Origin: Octopus vulgaris
Lineage: Eukaryota
Reading direction: 5' to 3'
Assembly (NCBI GenBank): GCA_951406725.2
Contig: OX597827.1
Location: 80,910,001-80,974,000 of the forward strand
DNA: 64,000 nt
Part shown: positions 13,277-27,189 of the stretch, piece after piece
How positions within the stretch are numbered: position 1 is the first letter of the stretch
Layout of the letters: each line of letters opens with the position of its first letter
Position numbers and translations under genes: made by a program
Notes under the pieces: generated by a model
Databases searched by the model: none
What the model was told of the DNA's origin: nothing
Seen by the model: only the letters and a program-made list of their open reading frames with translations

Positions 13277-14499
13277 ATATAGATCAGCAATGATCCAATA
13301 TAATTACTAGTCAAATGCCGGCCATTACATCAACGAGCTTTCACCATTAACTGCTGTTCCTTCTCCTCTCCTCCCTCCCTCCCCTCTGCACCCCACCACC
13401 TCCCTCTTTGAACCCCCACCCCCACCCCACCCCGTTTACTACCACTTAAACCTTTCTTATTGAAGAGGTTCAGTGAAACGGAGAGCTGGCACCTTTCTCA
13501 CTTTGTGCTGGGGTAGGTGTGGTGGTCATGGCACACTGTGCAGTGGTGTTGGTGTGGTAGTGTACGATGCAGTGCGTGTTGTAGTATCAGTGGGGTGTTA
13601 AGGTGTAGTGTCTATACAGTGGTATGAGTCGTTGTGTCACTATAGTGTTTCGGCACAGTATATGCAGTGGTATGTGTTGCAGTATAAATGTGGTGTTCAA
13701 TGTGGTTGTAGTATGTGTTGCAGTATAAATGTGTTTGTAGTATGAATGTAATGGTCAATGTTGTGAAGAGTTAGACATGCTGAAGGGTCAGTGTGGTGGT
13801 ATACGTTATTGTCGGTGTGGTAGTATGTGTTGTGGTGTCATTATGGTGGGAAGCAGTGTATACAGCGGTATGTGCTGTAGCATCAGCGTGGTGCAATGCT
13901 GTGTATGTTGTAGTACTATGTGTGGTATGCTGTATGACACAAAGTTGTTTAGTAATGTGTTGTTTGATATACAGCAGGATGGTCAAGTGTGGTGGTGGTG
14001 ATGTTGTATAGGCTGCAGTGTAGTGTGGTAGTGTTGCAGAGGCTGTAGTGAAATGTAAAAATATAAAATACTTGTTATTGCTGTTGTTGTTGAGAAAGTT
14101 CACTTTACAACATTAAACCATGATACAGTGTGATACCACAAGCAACACACCACTATACTACAACACTGCTATACCACAACCAGGACCACAACACTATATA
14201 CTTTACTAAATCACCCCCACCCTCCACCACCAACTCTACTACTTTACAGACCATGACTCTATGGCACTTCACAACACTTCCCATTATTATATATACAAAA
14301 CAGACGTAACAACACCTTCACAATGTCATATACTGTGGCACAACACAACATTGCATTACATTACTGCACCATACCATACTGCAACGCACACTACATTCAT
14401 CAGTAGGCTACATCATACCACAATAGGCCACATTAAACACTGCACCACATGATATCACCCTCCGCCACGCTCCACCACGTTCCACCATAACACTGTCTT

Positions 14500-14729
14500 T
14501 CAATTTAATGTCACTAATCTCCACAACAAAGACAAACATCAAAAAACTTTGAAAACAAGAGAAACAAGATGGCCGCCGCCTCCGCTGCCATCAAAGGAAA
14601 AACCGCGTAATTTGTGGATTGTGTATCTACACAGATATGACGGTGACTGTACGTAATTAAAGATCTTTGGCTGTCTGTGTGTGTGTCTGTGTGTACGGGG
14701 TAGACGCTCAGTGTGTCCGCCGTCACTGA

Positions 14730-14730
<1 letters not shown>
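14500..14730. promoter_or_regulatory. CpG-retaining unique island with YY1-like motif
   Basis: caagatggccgcc 14565-14577; several CpGs in an otherwise CpG-poor region. Confidence 0.35.
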
Positions 14731-14772
<42 letters not shown>

Positions 14773-14912
14773 TACATACAAAGACACATACACACACATG
14801 ATACATTGGAGTAAACACACTGATAAACAATTATACACACATAAAAATGTTGAAAGATAACAGAATGTATGCACGCACGCACATATATACATGCATAGAC
14901 GAACACATATGC

Positions 14913-14988
<76 letters not shown>

Positions 14989-15333
14989 ATATATATGCAT
15001 ATATATATATATGTATATATATATGTATATATATGTATATATATGTATATATATGTATGTATATGTATATATATGTATATATATATGTATATATATATGT
15101 ATATATATGTATATATATATATATGTATATATTTATGTTTGTACTGTTCATACGCAATCAGACGTGTTTGTATGTAGATATACTAAAAAAGATATTGGTG
15201 TATATGTGCATGTATACATACATACATATATATATGTACGTCTATATATATTTACACACCAATACATACATATGTACATTTACATAACTGAATATACATA
15301 TATGTATATATGCATGCATATACATATATATAT

Positions 15334-15366
<33 letters not shown>

Positions 15367-15623
15367 CATGCATATACATATATATAAGACTTCATACTTG
15401 ATTATGTGACATACACTACCACACAGATAAGTGTGAGTGTATGTATATATGTATCGATGTATACAGAAATACATTCAGACTCATGTACATAACTGTATAT
15501 ATATATATGTGTAAGGAGATTTTCTTTTCCTATAAAAAAATTACTGCATGAATAAATGTATGGAATATATAAACATCTGAGCATATATAATATGTAATAT
15601 ACACATACATATATACCTACATG

Positions 15624-15671
<48 letters not shown>

Positions 15672-15842
15672 CATGTGTGTCTATATATGTTCTTCCAAAT
15701 TTGTGTCCAAGTATCTCTCTTGCCTTGACATTGTACTGTTCGTTCATCATATATGTATATGTAAAGCATGACTTGTGTAATATGCCACTGTACATAACCT
15801 ATGACCAACAAGGAAAACATATGCATGCATACATATATAGAC

Positions 15843-15879
<37 letters not shown>

Positions 15880-15911
15880 CACATACATATATATATGTAT
15901 ATATATGTAAA

Positions 15912-15962
<51 letters not shown>

Positions 15963-16170
15963 GTATATATATATGTATATATACATATATATATGTATAT
16001 ATATATATGTAAATATATGTATATATATATATGTATATATATATGAATATATATATATATGTGTGTGTTTGTAGACACATAGAAACACACACATATACGT
16101 ATATATTCTTTTATATATAAATATAATATATATACACATATATATACATGTACACATATGCATATATATG

Positions 16171-16206
<36 letters not shown>

Positions 16207-16465
16207 TGTATGTATGTATGTATGTATGTATGTATGTGTGTGTGTATGTATGTGTGTGGGTGTGTGTGTGTGTGTATGCGTATGAAATCATATCTTGGCT
16301 CTTGTCTCTGAGCTAATATCAAAGGGAACATATGAAAAATATGAAAGAAAAAAAAACAGCCTCCAAATAAGCCAACACTATTCACCTAGCGTCTGTTTGA
16401 TGGTCTGGTCTAATGAAAGTACAGAGACGGAGAGAGAGAGAGATATATATATATACAGAGAGAGA

Positions 16466-16519
<54 letters not shown>

Positions 16520-16732
16520 CATAACAAAATAGATACGCCATGTAGATAAGATCAAAACAGCCTATATCACATTTACTATATTGATAAATATATCAATATA
16601 TAATTAGTGTTACACACACACACACATATACACACTGGCTAACTACAAGTTATGTCTGACTGTGTGTATATATGAATGTACCTGTGTATGTATGTATGTA
16701 TGTGTGTATGTATGTATGTGTGTGTGTATGTA

Positions 16733-16764
<32 letters not shown>

Positions 16765-16906
16765 AGTGTATGTAAATATATAGTTCTGAGTCTATTTTCT
16801 GTCGATGGTACTCTGAGTTTCATAATTGTTTCTTGATCCGACGGCTTAGGCTGACCAGTCAAGAGTTGTGAAACTCAGAACAAAATCAAGAGAGGGTGAT
16901 GCCAGT

Positions 16907-16939
<33 letters not shown>

Positions 16940-17120
16940 TTATAACAAGGCAATAGGGTAACACCTTTGGCAGAACAGGTTTGGAAGGTAAAAGAGGAGG
17001 GTGAAATAAAAATAAAATGAAATAAAAATGAAATAAAATGCTACAAAAAGCAGTGGAGTACAAGGAGGTTTCATTTTCTGTAGTAGACTTATGGATATGT
17101 ATACATATGTTTACGTATAA

Positions 17121-17123
<3 letters not shown>

Positions 17124-17153
<30 letters not shown>

Positions 17154-17432
17154 TGTATGTATGTATGTATGTATGTATGTATGTATGTATGTATGTATGT
17201 ATGTATGTATGTATGTATGTATGTATGTATGTATGTATGTATGTATGTATGTATGTATGTATGTATGTATGTATGTATGTATGTATGTATGTATGTATGT
17301 ATGTATGTATGTATGTATGTATGTATGTATGTATGTATGTATGTATGTATGTATGTATGTATGTATGTGTGTATGTATGTGTGTATGTATGTATGTGTGT
17401 ATGTATGTATGTATGTATGTATGTATGTATGT
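17124..17432. repeat. (ATGT)n microsatellite
   Basis: ~300 bp nearly pure tetranucleotide repeat. Confidence 0.95.
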
Positions 17433-17640
17433 ATTCACGCATATATAGTTACAATTTACATTATTATGTACTCTGTTCTCTTGATTGTAATTTCAAATGT
17501 ATATATACGTACATACATACACATGTGTGTTTATATATATATATATATACATATATATTATATATATATACATGCATACATGCAAGTATATTATGCATGT
17601 GCTCCTATACCCATACCTCTAACATTGTATACATATATAC

Positions 17641-17671
<31 letters not shown>

Positions 17672-18404
17672 TGTATGTATGTATGTATGTATGTATGTAT
17701 GTATGTATGCATGAATGTATGTAGGAATGCATGTATGTATGGCTCCATCCTACAAACCGCAGTGATTCTGTGCAGGACCACATCAAACATCACGTGCGGC
17801 TCAACAATAAAGATATTACATATGAGATATCTCCACTACATGCAACATAGAAAATAATTGGATTTTATGACCACCACGGCAACAATAAATATTTGACTCA
17901 ACACCAAGCCAACCCATGGAGGAGTGAGGGTCATACTGAGATGAAACAGTCACCCATGTATCGCTGGTCAGTAAGTATCGACACGAAAGTGCTGAGAGAC
18001 AGCATTTACCAAAGTAGAGGGTGGTGGGTCACAGTGTTGGTTTAGCAACAATTATTAAATGACCCCATACATTAGTACAGGGTACAGGAAATGATATGTT
18101 GTCTGTTAAGGGTGTCACTGCAATGCAAATGGTGTGATTGGATTCCAATCTTCAGAGAAACCAGTCCAGCCAGGGCGGAAATATTACCTTATTTAGAAAC
18201 AGATAAAGCTTGGGGACAGGAAGAGCATCCAGCAGTGGAAATTGCCCTTCAACATATTCCACCTGACCCATGCAGGCATGGGGAAGTGGATGTTAAAATG
18301 ATGATGATAGCAGTGGTGATGTTCATCATCATTTTGAAGTAAGTTTAAGAATAACAACTGAATATTTATACACAGAGGAAGGTAACAGTGAAAGTTGAGT
18401 GAAA

Positions 18405-18796
18405 TCTCTCTCTATATAAAGCTGAGGTTGTCTGAGTATGGTAGGTTTGGTAGCCTTCAACTGCCACTATCTTCTACGAGACCCTGTGGTGCAAGTTGAC
18501 CAAAATCGAGATTATTATAGAAGAAGGCTTGCTCTTCCTACCATAGAAGAAAAAATTCAAATCGGACCATGTTAACACCAAACATTATTTACATCAAAAA
18601 GGTGCTTATTTTCTATGGAAATTCCTATTTTTTACGATTTTTTGACTGCTGTGTTGTCATTTTTCGGTGTATTTCAACCAGAAAAATGCTCACTTAAAGA
18701 GAATAACAAGCTACATAATGCAAAATTTTTACTTTTCAAAAATTCCAATTCTAAAGGGTCGAAACAAACCTGAGCAACGACGGATGATACTGCTAG
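18405..18796 (+). mobile_element. Non-autonomous Helitron (~390 bp)
   Basis: Starts TC after A, ends CTAG before T, with a decayed GC hairpin (cctgagcaacgacgga) ~12 nt upstream of the end; no TSD. Confidence 0.65.
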
Positions 18797-19826
18797 TATA
18801 TATATAAAAGTGATAACTTTGTCATCCAGTATGAGACAGAATGATATTGATCTGATATAATTAGGTGGACTGTGGTCAGCTGGTAGGACTGAATGGTAGA
18901 TCTGTGGTCTGAGACACAATCACATTGACTTGGTCGCTAATTACTGGTGCCAGTAATTAGATATTTAATAATTCTGTTTGAACTGATCACCTGTTTCTTC
19001 TTTTATTTTTCTGTTATTGGTTTCACACATTGGGTTGTGGCCATGCTGGGGTACCACCTTTAATACTTGTAGTGAATTGCATCAATGCTTGTAGTAGTAG
19101 CATCAGTAGCAATATATCTCTATGTATGCATGAATGTATATAAGAGGCTTCTGTACAATTTCCCTCCTATAAAATATTTTGAACTTTCATGAGAAGCCCT
19201 TTGTATCTACCATCAAATTGATCTTGCATTGAAAGTTAGTGAATCAGACATCTAAACCACAGAATGAGGCCCGTGTCCAGGTAAAAACAGCTGCATATCC
19301 ACTTCACCATTTTATCTCTTACAAGAACAACATAACCTGGAGCCATACAATTCTTTCTGCTTCTTCATCACACCGTCATACAATGCTCCAGTATGGACTT
19401 AGCCATACTGGTGAAAACAAACTCAAGATCAGACATCAACATTGGTCTTAAACCAACTGATCTGAACTGACACATCCTGACCCCTCTCACATCCTGGCCC
19501 CTCTCACATCCTCAAACCTTTCATATCTCACTGGCCCTATTCATGGATTTAGAGTTTCAAAAACGTTCCCCTTGCCATATTTTATGAAGAACCCTCTCCC
19601 ACAAACCCTGGCTGATTATTTTAATCGAACAGAGAGCAATAATTCTTCAGGTGAAAGTCTCAGGTAATTCACTTAGATACTGACTGCCATGTGTAAGTCC
19701 ATGATGGTAAATTTGGCCAGATGGAACAAATGAGTTTGACCAAATCTTTTATGGACCCACAAGAAAGTCCAAAATTTACTTCTCAGATTCTTCTTGTGAT
19801 TGTTATGGTAAACAGATGAATAACAA

Positions 19827-20233
19827 TACAGTTCTATATTTAAGAGATGAGGAATTATGTACATTATTTACATTTGATGGATATTTGTCCTCATCTTATT
19901 TGTTGTTAACACAGCATTTTGGCTGATATTCCCTTCAGCCTTCATCAGGTGTCTTGGGGAATTTTCAAACCTGGGTTCTCATTCTTAAGGTATTTTTTGA
20001 TGTTATTATTATCATTATTATTATTCAGGTCACTGCCTGGAATCGAACTCGGAGTTCAGTGACCTGAATAATAATAATGATAATAATAACATCAAAAAAT
20101 ACCTTAAGAATGAGAACCCAGGTTTGAAAATTCCCCAAGACACCTGATAAAGGCTGGAGGGTATATCAGCAAGAAACGTTGTGTTGACAACAAACAAGAT
20201 GAGGACAAATATCCATCAAATGTAAATAATGTA
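19827..20233. mobile_element. Fold-back Penelope-type non-autonomous element with hammerhead motifs in both arms and a tRNA B-box remnant
   Basis: Arms 19860-20035 and 20057-20233 (~176 bp) are reverse complements around a 21-bp spacer. Flanking 13-bp near-duplication agatgaat(a/g)acaa at 19814-19826 and 20233-20245. Confidence 0.8.
20139..20185 (+). ncRNA. Minimal type-I hammerhead motif (decayed; mirror copy at 19908-19953 minus)
   Basis: gacac-CTGATAA-a-ggctg-gagggtatat-cagca-a-GAAAC-GTT-gtgtt. The mirror arm keeps CTGATGA and ggctg/cagcc but has GAAAC>AAAAT; the two arms together reconstruct a canonical core. Confidence 0.6.
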
Positions 20234-20458
20234 GATGAATGACAAGTCTTCTCCAAACTCTCAGAGAAGCAGCCAGTCTGTTGCAGGAAATGGTATTGAA
20301 ATACTCTTGTACATCGTCATCTACACAACAAGGTGGATGGTATGGACAGAATGGTGTCTAGCTTCAACCTTAGAGTTAACAAGAAACATTTGAAGTATGA
20401 AATGGTGGCACCAAATAAGAATATCCATTAGGGTGCTATATCAGTGAGGTATTATATC

Positions 20459-20666
20459 AGGAGGGTACTCTATTAGGAGGGTACTCTATCAGGAGGGTAC
20501 TCTATAAGGAGGGTACTCTATCAGGAGGGTACTCTATCAGGAGGGTACTCTATAAGGAGGGTACTCTATAAGGAGGGTACTCTATCAGGAGGGTACTCTA
20601 TCAGGAGGGTACTCTATCAGGAGAGTACTCTATCAGAAGGGTACTCTATCAGGAGGGTACTCTATT
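20459..20666. repeat. 16-bp minisatellite AGGAGGGTACTCTAT(C/A/T) x13
   Basis: Direct reading; degenerate units on both flanks. Confidence 0.95.
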
Positions 20667-21066
20667 AGGCAGGTACTACATAACTAATCAGTTACAGGTG
20701 GGAACTGATAAATAAATATATACAGATACTGCAATATATAAGTACATAGATAGGTAAGCAAATAGGTAGATAGGAAGATAGTTAGATAGTCAGGTAGAGA
20801 GACAGGTAAGTAGATAAATTGGTAGATAGACTGATAGATAGATAGGTATATTAAGAGATAGATAGAGAGTTAGCTTGCTAGGCACATACATGGTAGGAAG
20901 ATAGATGCATGCACAGGTGGGTATTCTGCCAAGTCACTGCATAAACTAGATATTACAGTCAAGACATACACATATAGATGTGTATGTATGTATATATATA
21001 ATACATTCACATATATGTGCACGCGTGTGTGTGTGAATATACACATATATACATGCATATATACAT

Positions 21067-21106
<40 letters not shown>

Positions 21107-21417
21107 GCATGTATATGTGTGTGTCTGTGTGTGTATATATATATATATACATACTCACGCACACATTCACACACACATACAACCATACATATATATGTAC
21201 ACACATATACACACACACACATACATACGTACAAACATGCACACACCCACACATACACACACGTAACTCTGTTAAGTGAAACAGTTGTAGACAGAAAACT
21301 GAGCTAGTTAGAGTTTGACAATCCAATAGACAATATTCTTGCATGGAATTGTCTTCTAGAACATTCTTGTTTAAAGAATTTATGAAATAACAGAGACTGT
21401 AATAAACAAGGGAGAGA

Positions 21418-21508
<91 letters not shown>

Positions 21509-21784
21509 ACTGTTGGAAGGGAGTGTGAAAAAATAAAGGAAATATTGGGAAGCAAGAAGGAAAAAAAATATAATTTAGAAATTGGGAAAAGAAGAATTTT
21601 GGGAAAAAAACGAATTTTTTAAAAAATTGGATTAGAAAATATGACAAAATGAAAAAAATAAATAAATGAAGGAAAAGAATAACAAACAATGAAATAAAGG
21701 TAAAGTGTGTTGATGATGATGGGGAGGGGGGTGATGAGGAGGAAGAAGAAGATGGTGGCAATGCTGGTGGTGGTGGTGGTAGTG

Positions 21785-21815
<31 letters not shown>

Positions 21816-22201
21816 CGATGATGATGATGACAATGATGATGCAGTTGTTGTTTAGCTCCACATCAGTTGTGATCCAGAAGATCTATGATCAAGAGTGTTC
21901 CAGCCATGACTATCACACCTTTTGGATATTTTGTATCTAAGATGGAAAGATATAAGTAATTTGAGGATGATTTGTCTGCTATTCCTAACAGACAGACCAA
22001 AGATGTGTGTGATGTGTGATGTGTGTGTGTGTGTGTTGGAGCAGGGTAGATCCACCCTTGACAGTTTGAAATATTTGAGGTAAAGAAGGTAACGTGGAGT
22101 AGGGTATAATTCGTAGAAATAATCCCCCAGTATATGACTAGTACCATGTTTCATTGACTACCCCTTGTCCCCATCCCAGCACATCACGGAAACCTCTAGA
22201 T

Positions 22202-22404
22202 CAGTGATTCCCAAGGTGGGGCGTACGCCCCACTGGTGGGGCCTGAGAAAATTCAGGTGGGGCGCGGGGCATAGACGTGGGCTGTGAAAATATTTGTACA
22301 TGACGAGCGGACATGTAAATGTGAGTGGACATGGGAAAAGGTGGGGCGTAAAAACTTTTGCTATGAAAAAGTGGGGCGCCGGGAAAAAAGGTTGGGAAAC
22401 ACTG
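22202..22404. mobile_element. hAT (Charlie-type) MITE, 203 bp
   Basis: TIRs cagtgattcccaa / ttgggaaacactg; perfect 8-bp TSD ctctagat (22194-22201, 22405-22412); repeated subterminal gtggggcg motifs. Confidence 0.9.
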
Positions 22405-23956
22405 CTCTAGATGATCACTTAGTCTGCTAGACATAGCAACCAATATCTCTCAAATCACACACTATTGCTTTAATAAATAAAGTTTTTTTGTGTGGGACAA
22501 TAAAAGACAGGGTGGTCATGGCTGAACTATTTTCGATCACAGGACTACTTGCTCAAAGCTACCCTGGAACCAAACAACAATAGCAACAATAACAGCATAC
22601 ACACAAAGAGGAAGGAAGGACTTGAGTTCAATCAGCCTGGGTATATTACTGGTATTTTATTTTATTTACCCCAGAAGGATGTTATTGTTGGCAACATTTG
22701 AACTCGGTAATTACATATTTCAATGTCTATTAATTAATTAATTAATATAGTTAATCTAATTATCATCATCATCATCCCACCCATGCTAGCATGGAAGGTG
22801 GATGTTAAACGATGATGATGATCATCATCATCATCATAACCATCACCAGCAGCAGCAGCAGCCATTCAAGAATTCAGACCTGGAGATCTCCATTTCCAGC
22901 GACTTCAAGGGCCACCTCCCAGTGGTGTTGGGCGTCAACGAAGAGCCCTCGACTACAACAAGACGACCAAAGTTTTTTTTTTTTTCCAAGGTCTGGGATC
23001 TCCCGCCCCTAAACCCTAGACCATCACCAAATCACCCTTACCCGTCTTGCTTAACAACAACAACAACAACAGCACCAGCCTTTTTATGCAGTACCAGCAT
23101 CTGTGGTCACCATGCACCTTGCAAGGGTTACTGTAGAGAGGGAAGAAGAGTCATGCTAAGGGATGAAGCGTTCAAGTTTTGAGAGATTGGGGTAGGCCAG
23201 AACAAACCCCACTGGTTTCTTGTTATTGGGGAGCTATACAACAACTTACAGTATAAAAGGGAGGTGGCCAGGGTAGAAATGGAAAGAGATGTAAAAAAAA
23301 GGGCTGATGAGGTACCAGGGTGGACCCTGGAGGTATGAGGTGAACAGAAGAACAGGAAGTATGGGTGTGAATGGGGAGAGGTTGGAAGAGGGTATGTGGG
23401 AGGAGGAGAGAAATGGTTGGAGTTAAAGAATGGGTGGGAGGTTGAATAGAATGAAGAATAAGTGTTGAGGAATGGTAAGTAAGGAGGGGTGGGGAAGAGA
23501 GGAGAATTGGGGATGGCTGCAGAAATTGGGTGTTGAAGGAGGCTGGCTGAGGGGTGACTGGTGATACATAAATTTTAATACACAACTCTTATGAGATAGA
23601 TATATATACGTGTATGTGTGTGTGTGTATATAAGTGTGTGTGTGTGTGTATATATTTATTATAGATAATTACATCCATATATTTATAAACACACATAGAT
23701 GTATGTATGTATATCTGTGTGTGTGTGTGTGTGTATACACACATGTGTATATATGTATGTATAGATAGAGTTTCTAAACACATTACAGCCAATCAATAAG
23801 GTTGATCTCCTCAGGAAATCTCACATTGTCAATTATTAAAGATCGTTATATTTGAAGAAGAATTATTGATGGCACTATTTGGGCCATTTCCAAACTGTAA
23901 AAGACCATTTTTACCTATCTTTCTCTAATTTTTCACACTTAGTCAATCCGTGTCTG

Positions 23957-23991
<35 letters not shown>

Positions 23992-24441
23992 ACACAGCTA
24001 CCTAATTAAATAATATCTTATATAAAACAATATCTATGTGGTAGTTAATTAGTAGCAGTAATTGCCCTTGTTATGGCTCTTTAAGTTCTGAGTTCAAATC
24101 CCAACAAGGTCAGCCTTGTCTTTCATCTCTCAAGGGGTCAATAAAATAAAACTGAAGTATCAATAGAATTGATCATAACTCTCCCCCCACCCCTCACTTT
24201 GAGGTTCTGTAATTTAATAAAAAGAAATCAATAATTTGTTTAGTGACCAATCACATTGCAAAACCTGTCAATCATTATGTTTTATTCTTTTACTACGGCC
24301 ATGCTGGGGCACTGCCTTGAAGAATGTTTGGTCAAATGAATCATCAGCAGTACCTATCGTATTTCTGTAAAGCTTGATACTTATTCTATCAGTCTCTTTT
24401 GCTGAACTGCTAAGTTATGGGGGACTTAAACACACACACAA

Positions 24442-24493
<52 letters not shown>

Positions 24494-24497
<4 letters not shown>

Positions 24498-24826
24498 CAG
24501 TGGAATGCGAAAAACAACATTCGAGCGTGGTTGTTGCCAGTGCTGTTGGACTGGCTCCCGTGCATGTAGCACGTAAACAAAGCACTTTTTGAGCGTGGTT
24601 GTTGCCAGAACCGCCTGACTGGCCCTCGTGCCGGTGGCATGTAAAAGCACCCACTACACTCTCAGAGTTGTTGGCATTAGGAAGGGCATCCAGCTGTAGA
24701 AACTCTGCCAGACTAGAATGGAGCCTGGTGCAGTCGCTGGCTCTCCAGACTTCAGTCAAACCATTCAACCCATGCCAGCATGGAAAGCGGACATTGAACA
24801 ATGATGACAATGATGAAGATGATGAT
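24494..24826 (+). mobile_element. RTE 3' tail nested within a minus-strand SINE (24280-24445 plus 24848-24990)
   Basis: Same tail sequence, placed in the internal microsatellite between the 3' and 5' halves of the SINE. Confidence 0.75.
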
Positions 24827-26019
24827 ATATATATATATATAAACAATTGGCTTCTTTCAGCTTCCATCTACCAAATCCACTCATGAGGTTTTGGTTGGCC
24901 GAAGGCCATAGTAGAAGACACCTGCCCAAGATGCCATGCAGTGGGACTGAACCTGGATCCCTGTGGTTGGGAAGCAAACTTCTTGCCATACAAAATAATC
25001 TTTTTTTTTCTGCATCTAAAACTGATTCTAATGATATTGTGTATTTCCACACCATGGTACTGTCATCAAGAATTAAAACCTCATTATAGACCCTGCCTTC
25101 ATATATAATTATTGTGCCTAACAGTGAGTTCCTGAAAGGTTTCAATAAGAGATCCTGCTACAAACTCCATACCTCTCCGTATCTCGTCATCTTTCTGTTA
25201 TTACGATCATTTTACTCACTTCCATTCATGGAGAGTGTTCTGTCTCACTGAGGAGGTTTAATAAGGTTGACATATGTTGGAAGTTATCACCCTTCGCTAT
25301 AATAAAATTAAAACAATAGTCATAAAATTGATAATTTCTTCTCGTTACCACTGAAGTAATAAGGCAGTGGACTGGTAGAATTGTTAGAATATTAAAAAAA
25401 AATATCTTGGAATACTTCTCCAAGTTCTTTACATTCTGAGTTCTAATCCAGTCTGGTCAACTTTGCCTTCCACACTTGATAAAATACATTACAAGTCCTG
25501 CTAGCCTTATTCACTTCATTTCTCAATTAGAAACAATTCATTAATTAGATATTATTTCCTCATTACACAAAATATGGAAGCACTGATTTGTCTGATTCCA
25601 GTTATCTCACATTTACCATTTTCTGATGCCACTCATTTCACATTTGGTAGATTCAACAATTTCACTTTACATGTTCAGTGTGTCAGCCTTACAAGCCACA
25701 ACACGACTAGAAATAGCAGTTAAATCTCTCCCACCAAACCAATTTATTCTCTTAAAAAACGGGTACATTGCATAAAGAGCATGATACGCTGATCGTGAAA
25801 AGAAAATTGGATTGGATGGTCATTACTGGAGTTGTCAACGTCTGGGTTTTCTCAGTCGGTGCTAGCCTAGGGTTGAACATTAACAAAATCATCTCTTTTT
25901 TATTGTTGCTGCTGTAAATGTGTTACTGGAATGGGACAGAGACTTCATTGGCAGAAGGTGAGTCAGTGGTTGATGGTTGAACTGGTAGATGAGGGAGAGG
26001 AGGGTGGTGGTCGTGGTGG

Positions 26020-26440
26020 TAGGAGGAGGAGAGTGGTGGTGGTAGTAGATGGTAGAGTTGGTAGGAGGAGGAGGGTGGTGGTGGTAGCAGATGGTAGAGT
26101 TGGTAGGAGGAGGAGAGTGGTGGTGGTAGTAGATGGTAGAGTTGGTAGGAGGAGGAGGGTGGTGGTGGTAGTAGATGGTAGATTTGATAGGAGGAGGAGG
26201 GTGGTGGTGGTAGTAGATGGTAGAGTTGGTAGGAGGAGGGTGGTGGTGGCAGTAGATGGTAGATTTGGTAGGAGGAGGAGGGTGGTGGTGGTAGTAGATG
26301 GTAGAGTTGGTAGGAGTAGGATGGTAGTGGTAGTAGATGGTAGAGTTTTAGGAGGAGGAGGGTGGTGGTGGTATTAGATGGTAGAGTAGGTAGGAGGAGG
26401 GGTGGTGGTGGTGGTAGTAGATGGTAGAACTGGCAGGAGG
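26020..26440. repeat. ~42-bp G-rich minisatellite, about 9-10 units
   Basis: Unit gtagatggtagagttggtaggaggaggagggtggtggtggta. Confidence 0.9.
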
Positions 26441-26971
26441 AGGAGAAGAGGGCAATGATGGTTGATGGTAGAATTGGTAGAAAAAGGAGATGAAGGTGGT
26501 GGTGGTGATGGTGGAGGTAGAATTGGCAGATCCTGACAGAAGACTGATTGAACCAGTCGAGCAACAGATGAAGATACATCGAAGTCTTTATCTATTTCTC
26601 TTTATGTTCTGGGTTCAAATCTGTTTAGAGTCAATTCTATCTTTTACTCCTCCTGGGTCAATAGCTAAAGTATTACTTAGATAGTTAGGTTGATGACATC
26701 AACTACGCCAATAATTCCCCAGCAGCCCCCACCCCCCGCCCCCAACACCACCACTTTACCAAATTTAAGGCATTGAGTTTATGGAAGGAATTGCTGTTCA
26801 ATATTGAGGGAATCTGCGGATGAAAGTGGTGTCGCATTGGAAATAATCGGAACAAAAAGGAATGTTCAAAGCTTGGCAATAGAAAGGATTCTTCAAGGCA
26901 AAACAACAAAGAACATCTGACCAGTTTAGGGGTAATTGGTGGACATAATTTATTAACAGACTTTGGTGTAG

Positions 26972-27073
<102 letters not shown>

Positions 27074-27126
27074 CACACACAGAAAAACCACCACCACCAC
27101 CACCACCACCTCCAAGAACAACACCA

Positions 27127-27189
<63 letters not shown>

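Noticed and set aside
19560-20380. Possible ancient RTE fragment (minus) hosting the fold-back insertion
   Set aside because: Only vague similarity by eye; needs a profile search.
20459-20666. Regular short repeats resembling a CRISPR array
   Set aside because: Units are head-to-tail with no unique spacers, no cas genes, eukaryotic context.
23304-23345. CTGATGA followed by hairpin ccagggt-gg-accctgg
   Set aside because: No GAAA after the stem and no stems I/III.
25923-26579. 218-aa repetitive ORF (YHLLPPPPSSSYQL)n
   Set aside because: By-product of a 42-bp (multiple of 3) minisatellite; no splice or homology support.
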